Of a DNA stretch of 64,000 nucleotides, positions 53,681 through 62,365 are shown piece by piece. The notes beneath the pieces were generated by a model that did not search any database, was not told the origin of the DNA, and was given only the letters and a program-made list of their open reading frames with translations. Position 1 is the first letter of the stretch, and each line of letters opens with the position of its first letter. Both the position numbers and the translations under genes were made by a program. Source of the stretch: Candidatus Dormiibacterota bacterium (GTDB lineage: Bacteria; Chloroflexota; Dormibacteria; Aeolococcales; Aeolococcaceae); contig CAWCVK010000001.1 in NCBI GenBank assembly GCA_963799005.1, positions 2,012,066 to 2,076,065 of the forward strand. Reading direction: 5' to 3'.

Positions 53681-53693
53681 GTTGTAGCACAAT
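53681..53693 (-). promoter_or_regulatory. Second copy of the GntR/FadR-type operator (ATTGTGCTACAAC on the minus strand)
   Basis: The plus strand reads gTTGTAGCACAAT. On the minus strand it sits ~40 nt upstream of the mgsA start and again contains TGCTACAA(c) as a -10-like element. It lies in the divergent mgsA/MFS intergenic region. Confidence 0.6.
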
Positions 53694-53948
53694 CGGCGAT
53701 GATCGCCGCCCGCACAATGGAATAACCCCGATCGCTCCGGGTGCGATCTCCGTCCGCCTACTCTATCTCTGTGCCGCCGGCGACGTTCGCACCTGCGTCG
53801 CGCTGACGGGCTCCCCTGCCAGACTCGTTGCAGTGATCGAGGCAGCGTCATAGCCACCACCAGCGGCACGGCACGCACCCTCACAACGGGTCGTGGGACG
53901 CGCGGTGACGGCTCCAAGTGGGTCGCGCTCTCCAACACGACGGTCGGG

Positions 53949-55586
53949 GTGCTGCTCGCCACCATCGACGCCTCGATCATGTTGATCGCGATGCCCGACA
54001 TCTTCCGCGGCATCGGTCTGAATCCGCTCGCCCCGGCGAACAGCTTCTACCTGCTCTGGATGATCCTCGGATTCCTCATCGTGAGCAGCGTGCTCGTGGT
54101 CGGGCTGGGGCGCCTCGGCGACATCGTCGGGCGCGTGCGCATCTACAACCTCGGCTTCGTCATCTACACCGGCGCCTCGCTGCTGCTCACGATCGACTGG
54201 ATGACCGGACCGCCCGGCGCCGTCTGGCTGATGGTGTTCCGGGTGGTCCAGGGGATCGGCGCCGCGTGCCTGATCGGCAACTCGGCGGCGATCCTCACCG
54301 ACGCGTTCCCGCCCAACCAGCGTGGCCTCGCCCTCGGGATCAACAACATCGCCGGCATCAGCGGTGTGTTCGTCGGCCTGGTGCTCGGCGGCCTCCTCGC
54401 CCCGATCAACTGGAGGCTGGTGTTCCTCGTGTCGGTGCCGTTCGGGCTCTTCGGCACCGTCTGGGCGTATCTCAAGCTGGAGGAGCGCGGCGTCCGCCGG
54501 CGCGTTCCGATCGACTGGCTGGGCAACCTGACCTTCGCCGTCGGCCTGATCCTGGTGATGATCGGGATCACGTACGGGATCGAGCCGTACCGGTCCGACC
54601 CGATGGGATGGACCAGCCCCTTCGTGCTCTCAGCGCTCGGGCTCGGCGCCGCGTGCCTGGCCGGGTTTGCGATGGTCGAGAGCCGCGTCGCGAACCCGAT
54701 GTTCCGTCTCGGGTTGTTCCGCATTCGCGCCTTCACCTTCGGCACGCTGTCCAGCTTTCTCGCCGCTGTCGGTCGGGGCGGGCTGATGTTCATGCTGATC
54801 ATCTGGCTGCAGGGCATCTGGCTGCCCGAGCACGGCTACAGCTTCACCTCGACGCCACTGTGGGCGGGCATCTACATGATCCCACTCACCGTCGGGTTCC
54901 TCCTCGCCGGCCCGCTCTCCGGGTACCTGTCGGATCGATTCGGATCACGGCCGTTCGCGACCGGCGGGATGATCGGCGCGGCGGCCAGTTTCGCCTTCCT
55001 GCAGCTGCTGCCGATCGACTTTCCGTATCAGCTGTTCGCGCTCATCCTCTTTCTCAACGGACTCTCGATGGGCGCGTTCGCATCTCCGAATCGCGCGGGT
55101 GTCATGAACAGCCTGCCGCCCGCCGACCGAGGCGCAGGCGGCGGGATGAACGCGACCTTCCAGAGCTCCGCCCAGGTGCTCTCGATCGGCATCTTCTTCA
55201 CGCTGATGATCACCGGTCTGGCGGCAACCCTCTCCACGACCATGACCGCCGGGCTCGAAGCCCACGGCGTCCCCGCGGCGGTGGCGCAGCATGTCGGCCA
55301 CCTGCCGCCGGTGTCGATCCTGTTTGCCGCGTTCCTCGGGTACAACCCGATCCAGTCGTTGGTCGGCAGCCACGTGCTCTCGCAGCTGTCGGCGGCGAAC
55401 GCCTCCGCGCTGACCGGCCGGCAGTTCTTCCCGGAATTGATCTCAAGTCCGTTTGCGGCCGGTCTGCACCAGGCGTTCACCTTCTCGTTGGTGGTTTGCC
55501 TCATTGCCGCGGTGGCGTCGTGGTCGCGGGGTGGGCGGGTGGTCCGAGGTGAACCGGCGATCGTCACCGAGGCGCCGGAGCTCTGA
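53949..55586 (+). CDS. MFS transporter, 14-TMS DHA2/EmrB-like; the 5' end is probably mis-framed or truncated
   Basis: ..LLATIDASIMLIAMPDIFRGIG.., ..GRLGDIVGR.., ..VVQGIGAACLIGNSAAILTDAFP.. In-frame homology (..GSKWVALSNTTVG) extends upstream of GTG 53949, but that frame has no ATG/GTG/TTG back to the stop at 53700. GTG 53833 lies in another frame. Confidence 0.8.
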   Translation: MLLATIDASIMLIAMPDIFRGIGLNPLAPANSFYLLWMILGFLIVSSVLVVGLGRLGDIVGRVRIYNLGFVIYTGASLLLTIDWMTGPPGAVWLMVFRVVQGIGAACLIGNSAAILTDAFPPNQRGLALGINNIAGISGVFVGLVLGGLLAPINWRLVFLVSVPFGLFGTVWAYLKLEERGVRRRVPIDWLGNLTFAVGLILVMIGITYGIEPYRSDPMGWTSPFVLSALGLGAACLAGFAMVESRVANPMFRLGLFRIRAFTFGTLSSFLAAVGRGGLMFMLIIWLQGIWLPEHGYSFTSTPLWAGIYMIPLTVGFLLAGPLSGYLSDRFGSRPFATGGMIGAAASFAFLQLLPIDFPYQLFALILFLNGLSMGAFASPNRAGVMNSLPPADRGAGGGMNATFQSSAQVLSIGIFFTLMITGLAATLSTTMTAGLEAHGVPAAVAQHVGHLPPVSILFAAFLGYNPIQSLVGSHVLSQLSAANASALTGRQFFPELISSPFAAGLHQAFTFSLVVCLIAAVASWSRGGRVVRGEPAIVTEAPEL

Positions 55587-55590
55587 CGCG

Positions 55591-56355
55591 CTAAAGCACC
55601 TTGGAGAGGAAGGACTTGGTCCGCTCGTGCTGCGGATTGGCGAGCACCTCTCGTGGGTTTCCCAACTCGACAATCACGCCGCCATCCATGAAAACGAGCG
55701 CATCGCCGACCTCGCGCGCGAAGCCCATCTCGTGGGTCACCACCACCATGGTCATGCCGTCCTGGGCGAGGCCGCGCATGACGTCGAGCACATCGCCGAC
55801 CAGTTCGGGATCGAGCGCCGACGTCGGCTCGTCGAAGAGCATGAGTTTCGGTTGCATCGCCAGTGCTCGTGCGATCGCGACGCGCTGTTGCTGCCCGCCG
55901 GAGAGCTGGTTCGGATAGACATCCACCTTGTCAGCGAGGCCGACCCGGTCGAGGAGGGCGCGTCCGCGCTCCGCAGCCACCTTCTGCGGCTCCCGCTTGA
56001 CCCGAACCGGCGCTTCCATGATGTTCTCGAGCGCGGTCATGTGCGGAAACAGATTGAACCGCTGGAAGACCATCCCGATCTCGGCGCGCTTGCGGCACAC
56101 GTCACGCTCGGGAAGCTCATAGATCTTCCCGCCATGCTCGCGATAACCGACCAACTCGCCATCCACCGACAGCCGGCCTGCGTCGATCTTCTCGAGATGG
56201 TTGATGCAACGCAGGAAGGTGCTCTTGCCGGACCCCGATGGCCCCACGATACACAGCACCTCCTTCGGTGCCACTTCCAGGTCGATGCCGCAGAGCACCT
56301 CGAGGCGGCCATAAGACTTGTGAACAGCTTCGGCACGAACCATCGGCGTCGTCAT
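55591..56355 (-). CDS. Amino-acid ABC transporter ATP-binding protein (polar amino acid, GlnQ/HisP-like)
   Basis: From ATG 56355: ..[17 protein letters not shown].., ..[15 protein letters not shown].., ..[14 protein letters not shown].. 254 aa. The rest of track ORF 55591..57264 is antisense or out of frame relative to the permease. Confidence 0.9.
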   Translation of the reverse strand: MTTPMVRAEAVHKSYGRLEVLCGIDLEVAPKEVLCIVGPSGSGKSTFLRCINHLEKIDAGRLSVDGELVGYREHGGKIYELPERDVCRKRAEIGMVFQRFNLFPHMTALENIMEAPVRVKREPQKVAAERGRALLDRVGLADKVDVYPNQLSGGQQQRVAIARALAMQPKLMLFDEPTSALDPELVGDVLDVMRGLAQDGMTMVVVTHEMGFAREVGDALVFMDGGVIVELGNPREVLANPQHERTKSFLSKVL

Positions 56356-56363
56356 CGCGTTAC

Positions 56364-57335
56364 CTAGATATGCCGCGTGTACACAGGTGCGGGCTCCACC
56401 GCGGCGTCCGGAGGTGGGAGATGCGAGTGGAACAGCATTCGCCTGAATCGCTGCAGCGGGGTCAGCGGAAGCTGCCGTGCCGAGCCACGTGCGAAATATC
56501 GCTCCAGGTAGTACTGCCCAAAGGTCAGAACCGACGTCATCACCAGATACCAGAGGCTCGCGACGATGAGCAACTCGACGACGTTGAACGTTGCACTCGC
56601 GACCTGCTCCTGGACGTAGAAGAGCTCCCCGACGGTCGCGATTGACGCGAGGGACGATGTCTTGAGCATTGAGATCGTCTCGTTGCCGGTTGGCGGCAGG
56701 ATGACGCGCATCGCCTGGGGGAGGACGATCCTGCGCATCACGCGGACCCGGGTCATACCGAGCGCCTGCGCCGCTTCGGTCTGCCCCTGATCGACGGAGA
56801 TGATGCCGGCGCGGACGATCTCCGACATGTAGGCGGCCTCGTTGAGCCCCAGCCCGAGGATGGCGGCGATGAACGGGGAATCGATCTGATTGGTGGTGCC
56901 GATCCATTCGATGTGCGTGAACGGGATACCAATCTTCAGATACGGAAGGATGAGCGCGACGTTGTACCAGAAGAAGATCTGGACGAGCACCGGCGTTCCG
57001 CGGAAGAACCAGATGTAGAACCAGCTCACGCTCGAGAGCACCGGATTCACCGAGAGCCGCATCACCGCGAAGAGCACGCCGAGGCTCACTCCGATCGCCA
57101 TCGCGATGATGGTCAACTCGAGCGTGACGACGATTCCCTGAAGAATCCGCGGAAAGAAGAGGTATTGGCCGACGACGCGCCAGTCCAGAGTGGGTGCCGC
57201 CGCAAAGGTGTAGACGGCCGCGGCAGCGAGCGCGAGGACCACAACCGCCGATACCCAGCGCCACGGATGGCGCAGCGGGATCGCCTTGATGGCCTCGGGC
57301 CGGGTCCTCCCACTCGAGACGGTGGAGTCACTCAC
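56364..57335 (-). CDS. Amino-acid ABC transporter permease (His/Glu/Gln/Arg/opine family)
   Basis: ..[27 protein letters not shown].., ..[50 protein letters not shown].. Confidence 0.9.
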   Translation of the reverse strand: MSDSTVSSGRTRPEAIKAIPLRHPWRWVSAVVVLALAAAAVYTFAAAPTLDWRVVGQYLFFPRILQGIVVTLELTIIAMAIGVSLGVLFAVMRLSVNPVLSSVSWFYIWFFRGTPVLVQIFFWYNVALILPYLKIGIPFTHIEWIGTTNQIDSPFIAAILGLGLNEAAYMSEIVRAGIISVDQGQTEAAQALGMTRVRVMRRIVLPQAMRVILPPTGNETISMLKTSSLASIATVGELFYVQEQVASATFNVVELLIVASLWYLVMTSVLTFGQYYLERYFARGSARQLPLTPLQRFRRMLFHSHLPPPDAAVEPAPVYTRHI

Positions 57336-57403
57336 GACGATGCCGGTGGGTCGCTCACAGCCGCATGTCGATCGTCACGTCCCGATTCGCGTTGACGAAG
57401 ACC

Positions 57404-58393
57404 TCAGTACGACGGGACGCAACTCGCGCCAATCGAGTTGTTGTTGTTCACCGTGACCGCGGAGCTGGCGATCGCGCCGTCCGCGACACCCCAGGTGTTG
57501 AGAAGGTTCGTGTAGAAGTGGTTGTCGATGAGGTACTTGATCGCATCCGTGACCGCCTGCTCGAGACCGGTCGTCTTGACCATCGCGACACCATACGGAG
57601 AGACGCTGCACGCGGTTCCACCGATCTTGACCTTGCCGTTCAAAGTCTTGACCTGGTAGTCGGCCACCGGCTGGTCGAGCCAACCGAAGTCGGCGCGGCC
57701 GGACAGCAGCGCCGAGTTCGCCTGGGTCTGAGTCCCAAAGCTGTCCACGGTGATGTCCTGCTTTCCCGCGGCTTTGCAATGGTCGGTGTCACCCGGGATC
57801 GCGGCGCCACCGGGCTTCATTCCCATGTAGCCCCACGCGTCCAACTCCTCGGTGGTGCCCGTCTCGACGGCAACCGCGTGTCCGCACATGTCGGCCGCTG
57901 ACGAGATGGAAGGGCCCCCGGTTTTCACGATCCACGCCTCGCCGGCCTGGTAGTAGGTGATGAAGTCGATGCCCTTGGCTTCGCGGGCGGCGGTCGGTGT
58001 GAAGCTCGAGAAGGCCATCTGGTACTTTGCCGGGCTCTCGAGGAGAGCCGGGATGATGTCCGAGAAGGTCACGTTGTTGATCGTGCAGGCCACGCCGAGC
58101 ACGGCGCAGACCTCTTTGGCGAGCTGGACGTCCCACCCGACCAGGGCGCCGCTGCTCGGGTCGACGAATTCGTTCGGCGCGTACGTGGCGTCGGTCGCGA
58201 TCTGGAGGGGCGCGGCCGCCTTGACCGCCGAGGGCACCTCGGCTGCGATGCTGGCCTGGGCCGTCGGACCTGCCGCTGCCGCGCTCGGCGTGGGCGTGGA
58301 TGTACCTCCCGAACCACCGCAGCCGGCGAGCAGCGCCGCGGGAACGAGCAGTGCGATTCCAGCGCGACGCGAGAATTTGACCGAGCGGCCCAT
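57404..58393 (-). CDS. Amino-acid ABC transporter substrate-binding lipoprotein (family 3)
   Basis: ATG 58393. Lipobox ..AALLAGC-GGS, then ..LQIATDATYAPNEFVD..GWDVQLAKEV..FSDIIPALLES..YQMAFSSFT.. Confidence 0.85.
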   Translation of the reverse strand: MGRSVKFSRRAGIALLVPAALLAGCGGSGGTSTPTPSAAAAGPTAQASIAAEVPSAVKAAAPLQIATDATYAPNEFVDPSSGALVGWDVQLAKEVCAVLGVACTINNVTFSDIIPALLESPAKYQMAFSSFTPTAAREAKGIDFITYYQAGEAWIVKTGGPSISSAADMCGHAVAVETGTTEELDAWGYMGMKPGGAAIPGDTDHCKAAGKQDITVDSFGTQTQANSALLSGRADFGWLDQPVADYQVKTLNGKVKIGGTACSVSPYGVAMVKTTGLEQAVTDAIKYLIDNHFYTNLLNTWGVADGAIASSAVTVNNNNSIGASCVPSY

Positions 58394-58435
58394 GTGTGAC
58401 CCCCAAAGCCCGAGAACTGAATAGGTGGGCGCCAT

Positions 58436-58464
58436 TGTGGACTTTCGCCGCAGCGGTGTCCACA
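58436..58464. promoter_or_regulatory. 7-bp inverted repeat TGTGGAC-N15-GTCCACA in a divergent intergenic region
   Basis: Perfect arms at 58436-58442 and 58458-58464. It lies ~45 nt upstream of the amino-acid SBP start (minus strand) and ~220 nt upstream of the coxS-like gene. Confidence 0.3.
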
Positions 58465-58683
58465 GACCGGACGGCGACAGGCGAGTTTGCACGGGGGCGC
58501 CTGGACGCTGAGCCGCAGGTGAGAGGTAGCGGCCGCTTTCCTGGCTTGTGGGTGCCGGTCGAGGCGCCTTGGGGTGGGCGGCATTTGCGGCGACACAGGG
58601 CTGCCAAACCGCGCTTGACCCTTCCCCTGACCGAATGCCAGCATGAGGCCGCCGTCGTTTGCCTTTCGTCCGGGAGGAATTCC

Positions 58684-59211
58684 ATGACGCAGCCGGTCGC
58701 GCTGACTATCAACGGAAGGCTGAGAGAGGACCGCGTCGAGCCCCGACTGCTGCTCGTGCACTACCTGCGCGAGGTGGCCGGTCTCACCGGAACACACATC
58801 TCCTGCGACACCAGCCAGTGCGGCGCCTGCACCGTGCTGATCGATGGTGAGGCGGTGAAGTCGTGCAGCGTGTTCACGGTCCAGGCGGATGGTCGCCAGG
58901 TGACCACGATCGAAGGGCTGGCCGAGGACGGGACCCTCCACCCGGTGCAGCAGGCGTTCTGGAACGAGCACGGCCTGCAGTGCGGGTTCTGCACCCCGGG
59001 ATTCATCATGGCGGCCGCTTATCTCCTCAAGCAGAACGCTTCGCCCAGCGACGAGGAGATCGAGCGGGGCCTCGAGGGCAACCTGTGCCGCTGCACCGGT
59101 TACGAGAACATCAGGAAGGCGGTGCGATCCGCGTCCGAGGCGATGCAGGGCGGTGCGCCTGAGAGCTCACGTGACCTCGTCGGCTCCGCAGCGGCCCCGG
59201 TGGAGGGCTAG
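58684..59211 (+). CDS. (2Fe-2S)-binding small subunit of a xanthine-dehydrogenase/CoxSLM-family molybdoenzyme
   Basis: ATG 58684 follows GGGAGGAA. ..ISCDTSQCGACTVLIDGEAVKSC.. and ..GLQCGFCTPGFIM..GNLCRCTGY.. are the two [2Fe-2S] motifs. Confidence 0.9.
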   Translation: MTQPVALTINGRLREDRVEPRLLLVHYLREVAGLTGTHISCDTSQCGACTVLIDGEAVKSCSVFTVQADGRQVTTIEGLAEDGTLHPVQQAFWNEHGLQCGFCTPGFIMAAAYLLKQNASPSDEEIERGLEGNLCRCTGYENIRKAVRSASEAMQGGAPESSRDLVGSAAAPVEG

Positions 59212-59213
59212 AG

Positions 59214-61553
59214 ATGACCGTCACCGCCATGGTCGGCGCGCGCATCCAGCGGCGCGAGGATCCCAAGCTCATCACCGGGCACGGCAATTACGTCGACGAC
59301 GTCAATCTCGTGAACATGGCGCACATGTCGATCGTGCGCAGCCCGCACGCGCACGCACGCATTCGCTCGATTGACACCTCGGGCGCGCGCGCAGCCAGGG
59401 GCGTCGTCGCCGTGCTCACAGCCGCCGACTTCAAGCCACATATCCACGCACCGCTCCCGGTCACCAACTCATTTGTCGCGGACAAGAAACAGGTCCCTGA
59501 ACAGTTTCCGATCGCGGCCGACGAAGTCATCTACGCTGGCGAACCCGTCGCTGTGGTGGTCGCGGAGGACCGGTACCTCGCCGACGATCTCGCTCAACTG
59601 GTCATCGTTGACTACGAACCGCTTCCTGCTGTGATGGATCTCGAGAAAGCCATGGCGCCGGGCAGCCCCCTCGTGAAGAGCGACCGCCCCGACAACATCG
59701 GCTGGGACGCAGCGTTCCCGGCGGGCGACATCGATGCGGTCTTCGCCGAAGCGGAGGTGATCGTCAAGCAGCGGATCGGACAGCAGCGGCTCTTCCCGAC
59801 GCCGATGGAGACACGAGGCTGTGTTGCCGACTATGTCCCCTACGACAATCGGGTCACGCTGTGGACATCAACTCAGGTGCCGCACTTCGTCCGGCTGTTC
59901 GTGGGCGGCGCGCTGGGTATTCCCGAGTCGCAGTTCCGAGTCGTCAGCCACGACGTTGGCGGTGCATTCGGATCCAAGATCCGGCCCTACCTCGAGGAGT
60001 ACCTGACCACCGCGGTATCGAAGATCATCGAAAGGCCGGTCAAGTGGATCGAGGATCGCACCGAGAGCTTGCAGTCCACGACTCACGGGCGGGGTCAGAT
60101 CTTCGACGCGGAGGTCGCGGCCAACCGTGACGGGACGTTGCTCGGGCTCAAGTTCACGCAACTGCTCGACATTGGCGCGTACCACGGCGTCTTCAGCGCC
60201 TTTCAGGTGGTCGCATGCCTGCTCGGTGGCGGCCCCTACGAGTGGAAGGCCATCAATGCGCGGAGCATCGGCATCTTCACCAATCGCACATCGACCGATC
60301 CGTATCGCGGTGCCGGCCGGCCGGAGGCGACCCATCTGGTCGAGCGCATGGTCGATCTTGTCGCCCGCGAGATCGGCATGGACCCGGCGGACATCCGGCG
60401 CAAGAACTTCGTCAAGAGCTTCCCACACACCAACAATTTCGGTCTCGTGTACGACTCCGGCGATTACCCCAAGACCCTCGATCGCGCGATGGCGAACATC
60501 GACTACCCGGCGTTGCGCAAGCGCCAGGGGGAGTTGCGTGCCCAGGGCCGCTACACCGGCATCGGGTTCAGCACGTACGTCGAGATCTGCGGACTCGGCC
60601 CGAGCGCAGCGACCGCGCCGGCGGCCGGCGTCGCGCTGGTCGAATCCTCGATGGTGCGTGTGCATCCGACGGGCTCGGTGACCGTCTCGGTCGGTACGCA
60701 CTCGCACGGCCAGAGCCACGAGACCACGTTCGCGCAGATCGCCGCTGACGCGCTCGGCGTTCCGTATGACTCCGTGGAGATCCATCACGGCGACACCGGG
60801 GATACTCCGTTCGGCTACGGTACCTACGGGTCTCGCAGCGTGTCTGTCGGTGGCATGGCCATCGTGGCCTCGTGCCACAAGGTGGTCGAGAAGGCGCGCA
60901 AACTCGCTGCGCACGCATTCGAGGCGTCGGAGGATGACATCGTCGTCGAGGATGGCAAGTACTTCGTTCGCGGCAACCCGGGCGAGGCAAAGGCGCTGGC
61001 GGAGCTGGCATTCGCCTCCTACGGCGCCGGCCTGCCCGAGGGCATGGAACACGGGCTCGAAGCGGTCTCCTACTTCGATCCGCCTAACTTCGTGTGGCCG
61101 TTCGGCTGCCACATCTGTGCCGTCGAGGTGGACCCCGAGACTGGCGGCGTGACCATCGATCGCTACGTCGCAGTCGACGACTGCGGCAACGTCATCAATC
61201 CGATGGTGGTCGACGGGCAGCTCCACGGCGGCATCGCCCAGGGCATCTCGCAGGCGCTCTTTGAAGAGGTGCGGTACGACGACGAGACCGGGCAGATGCT
61301 CACCGGCACCATGCTCGACTACCTCATTCCGACGATGGCGGAGATGCCGCGCTTCGAGCTGGATCGCACCGTGACCCCGAGCCCAACCAACGAACTGGGC
61401 GTCAAGGGGATCGGTGAAGCGGGAACCATTGCGTCGAGCGTCGCGGTGATCAACGCGATCACCGACGCGCTCGCGCCGCTCGGCATCAAGCACGTGGAGA
61501 TGCCGGCACGTCCGGATCGCCTCTGGTCGATGATCAAGGAGGCACGCGCATGA
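59214..61553 (+). CDS. Molybdopterin-binding large subunit, form-II CoxL-like (active-site loop PYRGAGR, not the CO-dehydrogenase AYxCSFR)
   Basis: 779-aa intact ORF. ..RREDPKLITGHGNYVDD.., ..GGAFGSK.., ..TSTDPYRGAGRPEATHLVERMVD.., ..GIGEAGTIASS.. Confidence 0.9.
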   Translation: MTVTAMVGARIQRREDPKLITGHGNYVDDVNLVNMAHMSIVRSPHAHARIRSIDTSGARAARGVVAVLTAADFKPHIHAPLPVTNSFVADKKQVPEQFPIAADEVIYAGEPVAVVVAEDRYLADDLAQLVIVDYEPLPAVMDLEKAMAPGSPLVKSDRPDNIGWDAAFPAGDIDAVFAEAEVIVKQRIGQQRLFPTPMETRGCVADYVPYDNRVTLWTSTQVPHFVRLFVGGALGIPESQFRVVSHDVGGAFGSKIRPYLEEYLTTAVSKIIERPVKWIEDRTESLQSTTHGRGQIFDAEVAANRDGTLLGLKFTQLLDIGAYHGVFSAFQVVACLLGGGPYEWKAINARSIGIFTNRTSTDPYRGAGRPEATHLVERMVDLVAREIGMDPADIRRKNFVKSFPHTNNFGLVYDSGDYPKTLDRAMANIDYPALRKRQGELRAQGRYTGIGFSTYVEICGLGPSAATAPAAGVALVESSMVRVHPTGSVTVSVGTHSHGQSHETTFAQIAADALGVPYDSVEIHHGDTGDTPFGYGTYGSRSVSVGGMAIVASCHKVVEKARKLAAHAFEASEDDIVVEDGKYFVRGNPGEAKALAELAFASYGAGLPEGMEHGLEAVSYFDPPNFVWPFGCHICAVEVDPETGGVTIDRYVAVDDCGNVINPMVVDGQLHGGIAQGISQALFEEVRYDDETGQMLTGTMLDYLIPTMAEMPRFELDRTVTPSPTNELGVKGIGEAGTIASSVAVINAITDALAPLGIKHVEMPARPDRLWSMIKEARA

Positions 61554-62365
61554 TCACCGCGCCGTTCGAGTACGCGCGACCGGGTTCGGTCGATGAGGCC
61601 CAATCACTATTGACGAAATTCGGCGCCGACGCCAAGGTCATCGCCGGTGGACAGAGCCTCATCCCGCTGATGCAACTCCGTCTGAGCCAGCCCACCGCGC
61701 TGGTCGACATTCAAGCGATTCCCGGGCTCAAGGAGGTTCGCCGCGACAACGGCAGCGTCGAGGTCGGCGCGCTGGTGCGACACGTCGACATCCAGCGCAA
61801 CGCGACCCTGCGCGAGAGCCTGCCGATTCTCGTCGAGATGGCCAATGACGTCGGCGATAACCAGGTGCGCAATCTCGGCACCATCGGCGGCGTGATCGCG
61901 CACGGCGACGCGGCCGGCGACTACAACGCGCTCGCACTGATGCTCGACGCCGAGATCGTCACCAACAAACGCCGTCACCAGGCGCGTGATTTCTTCCGCG
62001 ACATCTTCACGACCGCGCTCGAGCACGACGAGGTGGTGACCGCGGTGCGCTTCCCGGTGTCGACCGGACGGTTTGCGTACACCAAGTTCCGCCGCCGGCT
62101 GTACGACTGGGCGATCGCCGGGGTTGCGGTTCAGGAGACAGGGTCGTCGTGGCGCGTGGGCTACGTGAATCTCGCCCGGACCCCCCGCAGGGGCGCGGCG
62201 GTGGAGCAGGCGCTCGCCGGTGGCGCATCTGCGGCGGATGCGGCAGCGCAGAGCGGATCGGACATCGATCCGACCGGCGACGTTCGAGCAACCGCCGAAT
62301 ACAAGCGACACCTCGCCGAGGTGCTCACCACCCGTACCCTCGAGAAGGCGAGAATGGCCGCTTGA
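61550..62365 (+). CDS. FAD-binding medium subunit (CoxM/CutM-like)
   Basis: ATGA overlap with the large subunit. ..FEYARPGSVDEAQSLL..AKVIAGGQSLIPLMQLRL.., ..IGGVIAHGDAAGD.. Confidence 0.9.
   Translation: MITAPFEYARPGSVDEAQSLLTKFGADAKVIAGGQSLIPLMQLRLSQPTALVDIQAIPGLKEVRRDNGSVEVGALVRHVDIQRNATLRESLPILVEMANDVGDNQVRNLGTIGGVIAHGDAAGDYNALALMLDAEIVTNKRRHQARDFFRDIFTTALEHDEVVTAVRFPVSTGRFAYTKFRRRLYDWAIAGVAVQETGSSWRVGYVNLARTPRRGAAVEQALAGGASAADAAAQSGSDIDPTGDVRATAEYKRHLAEVLTTRTLEKARMAA

Noticed and set aside
58684-62365. Annotating the coxSLM-like genes as aerobic carbon-monoxide dehydrogenase.
   Set aside because: The large subunit has PYRGAGR (form II) instead of the Cys-containing AYxCSFR loop required for the Mo-Cu CO-oxidising site. 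The gene order is S-L-M rather than M-S-L, and no coxDEFG-type maturation genes are adjacent.
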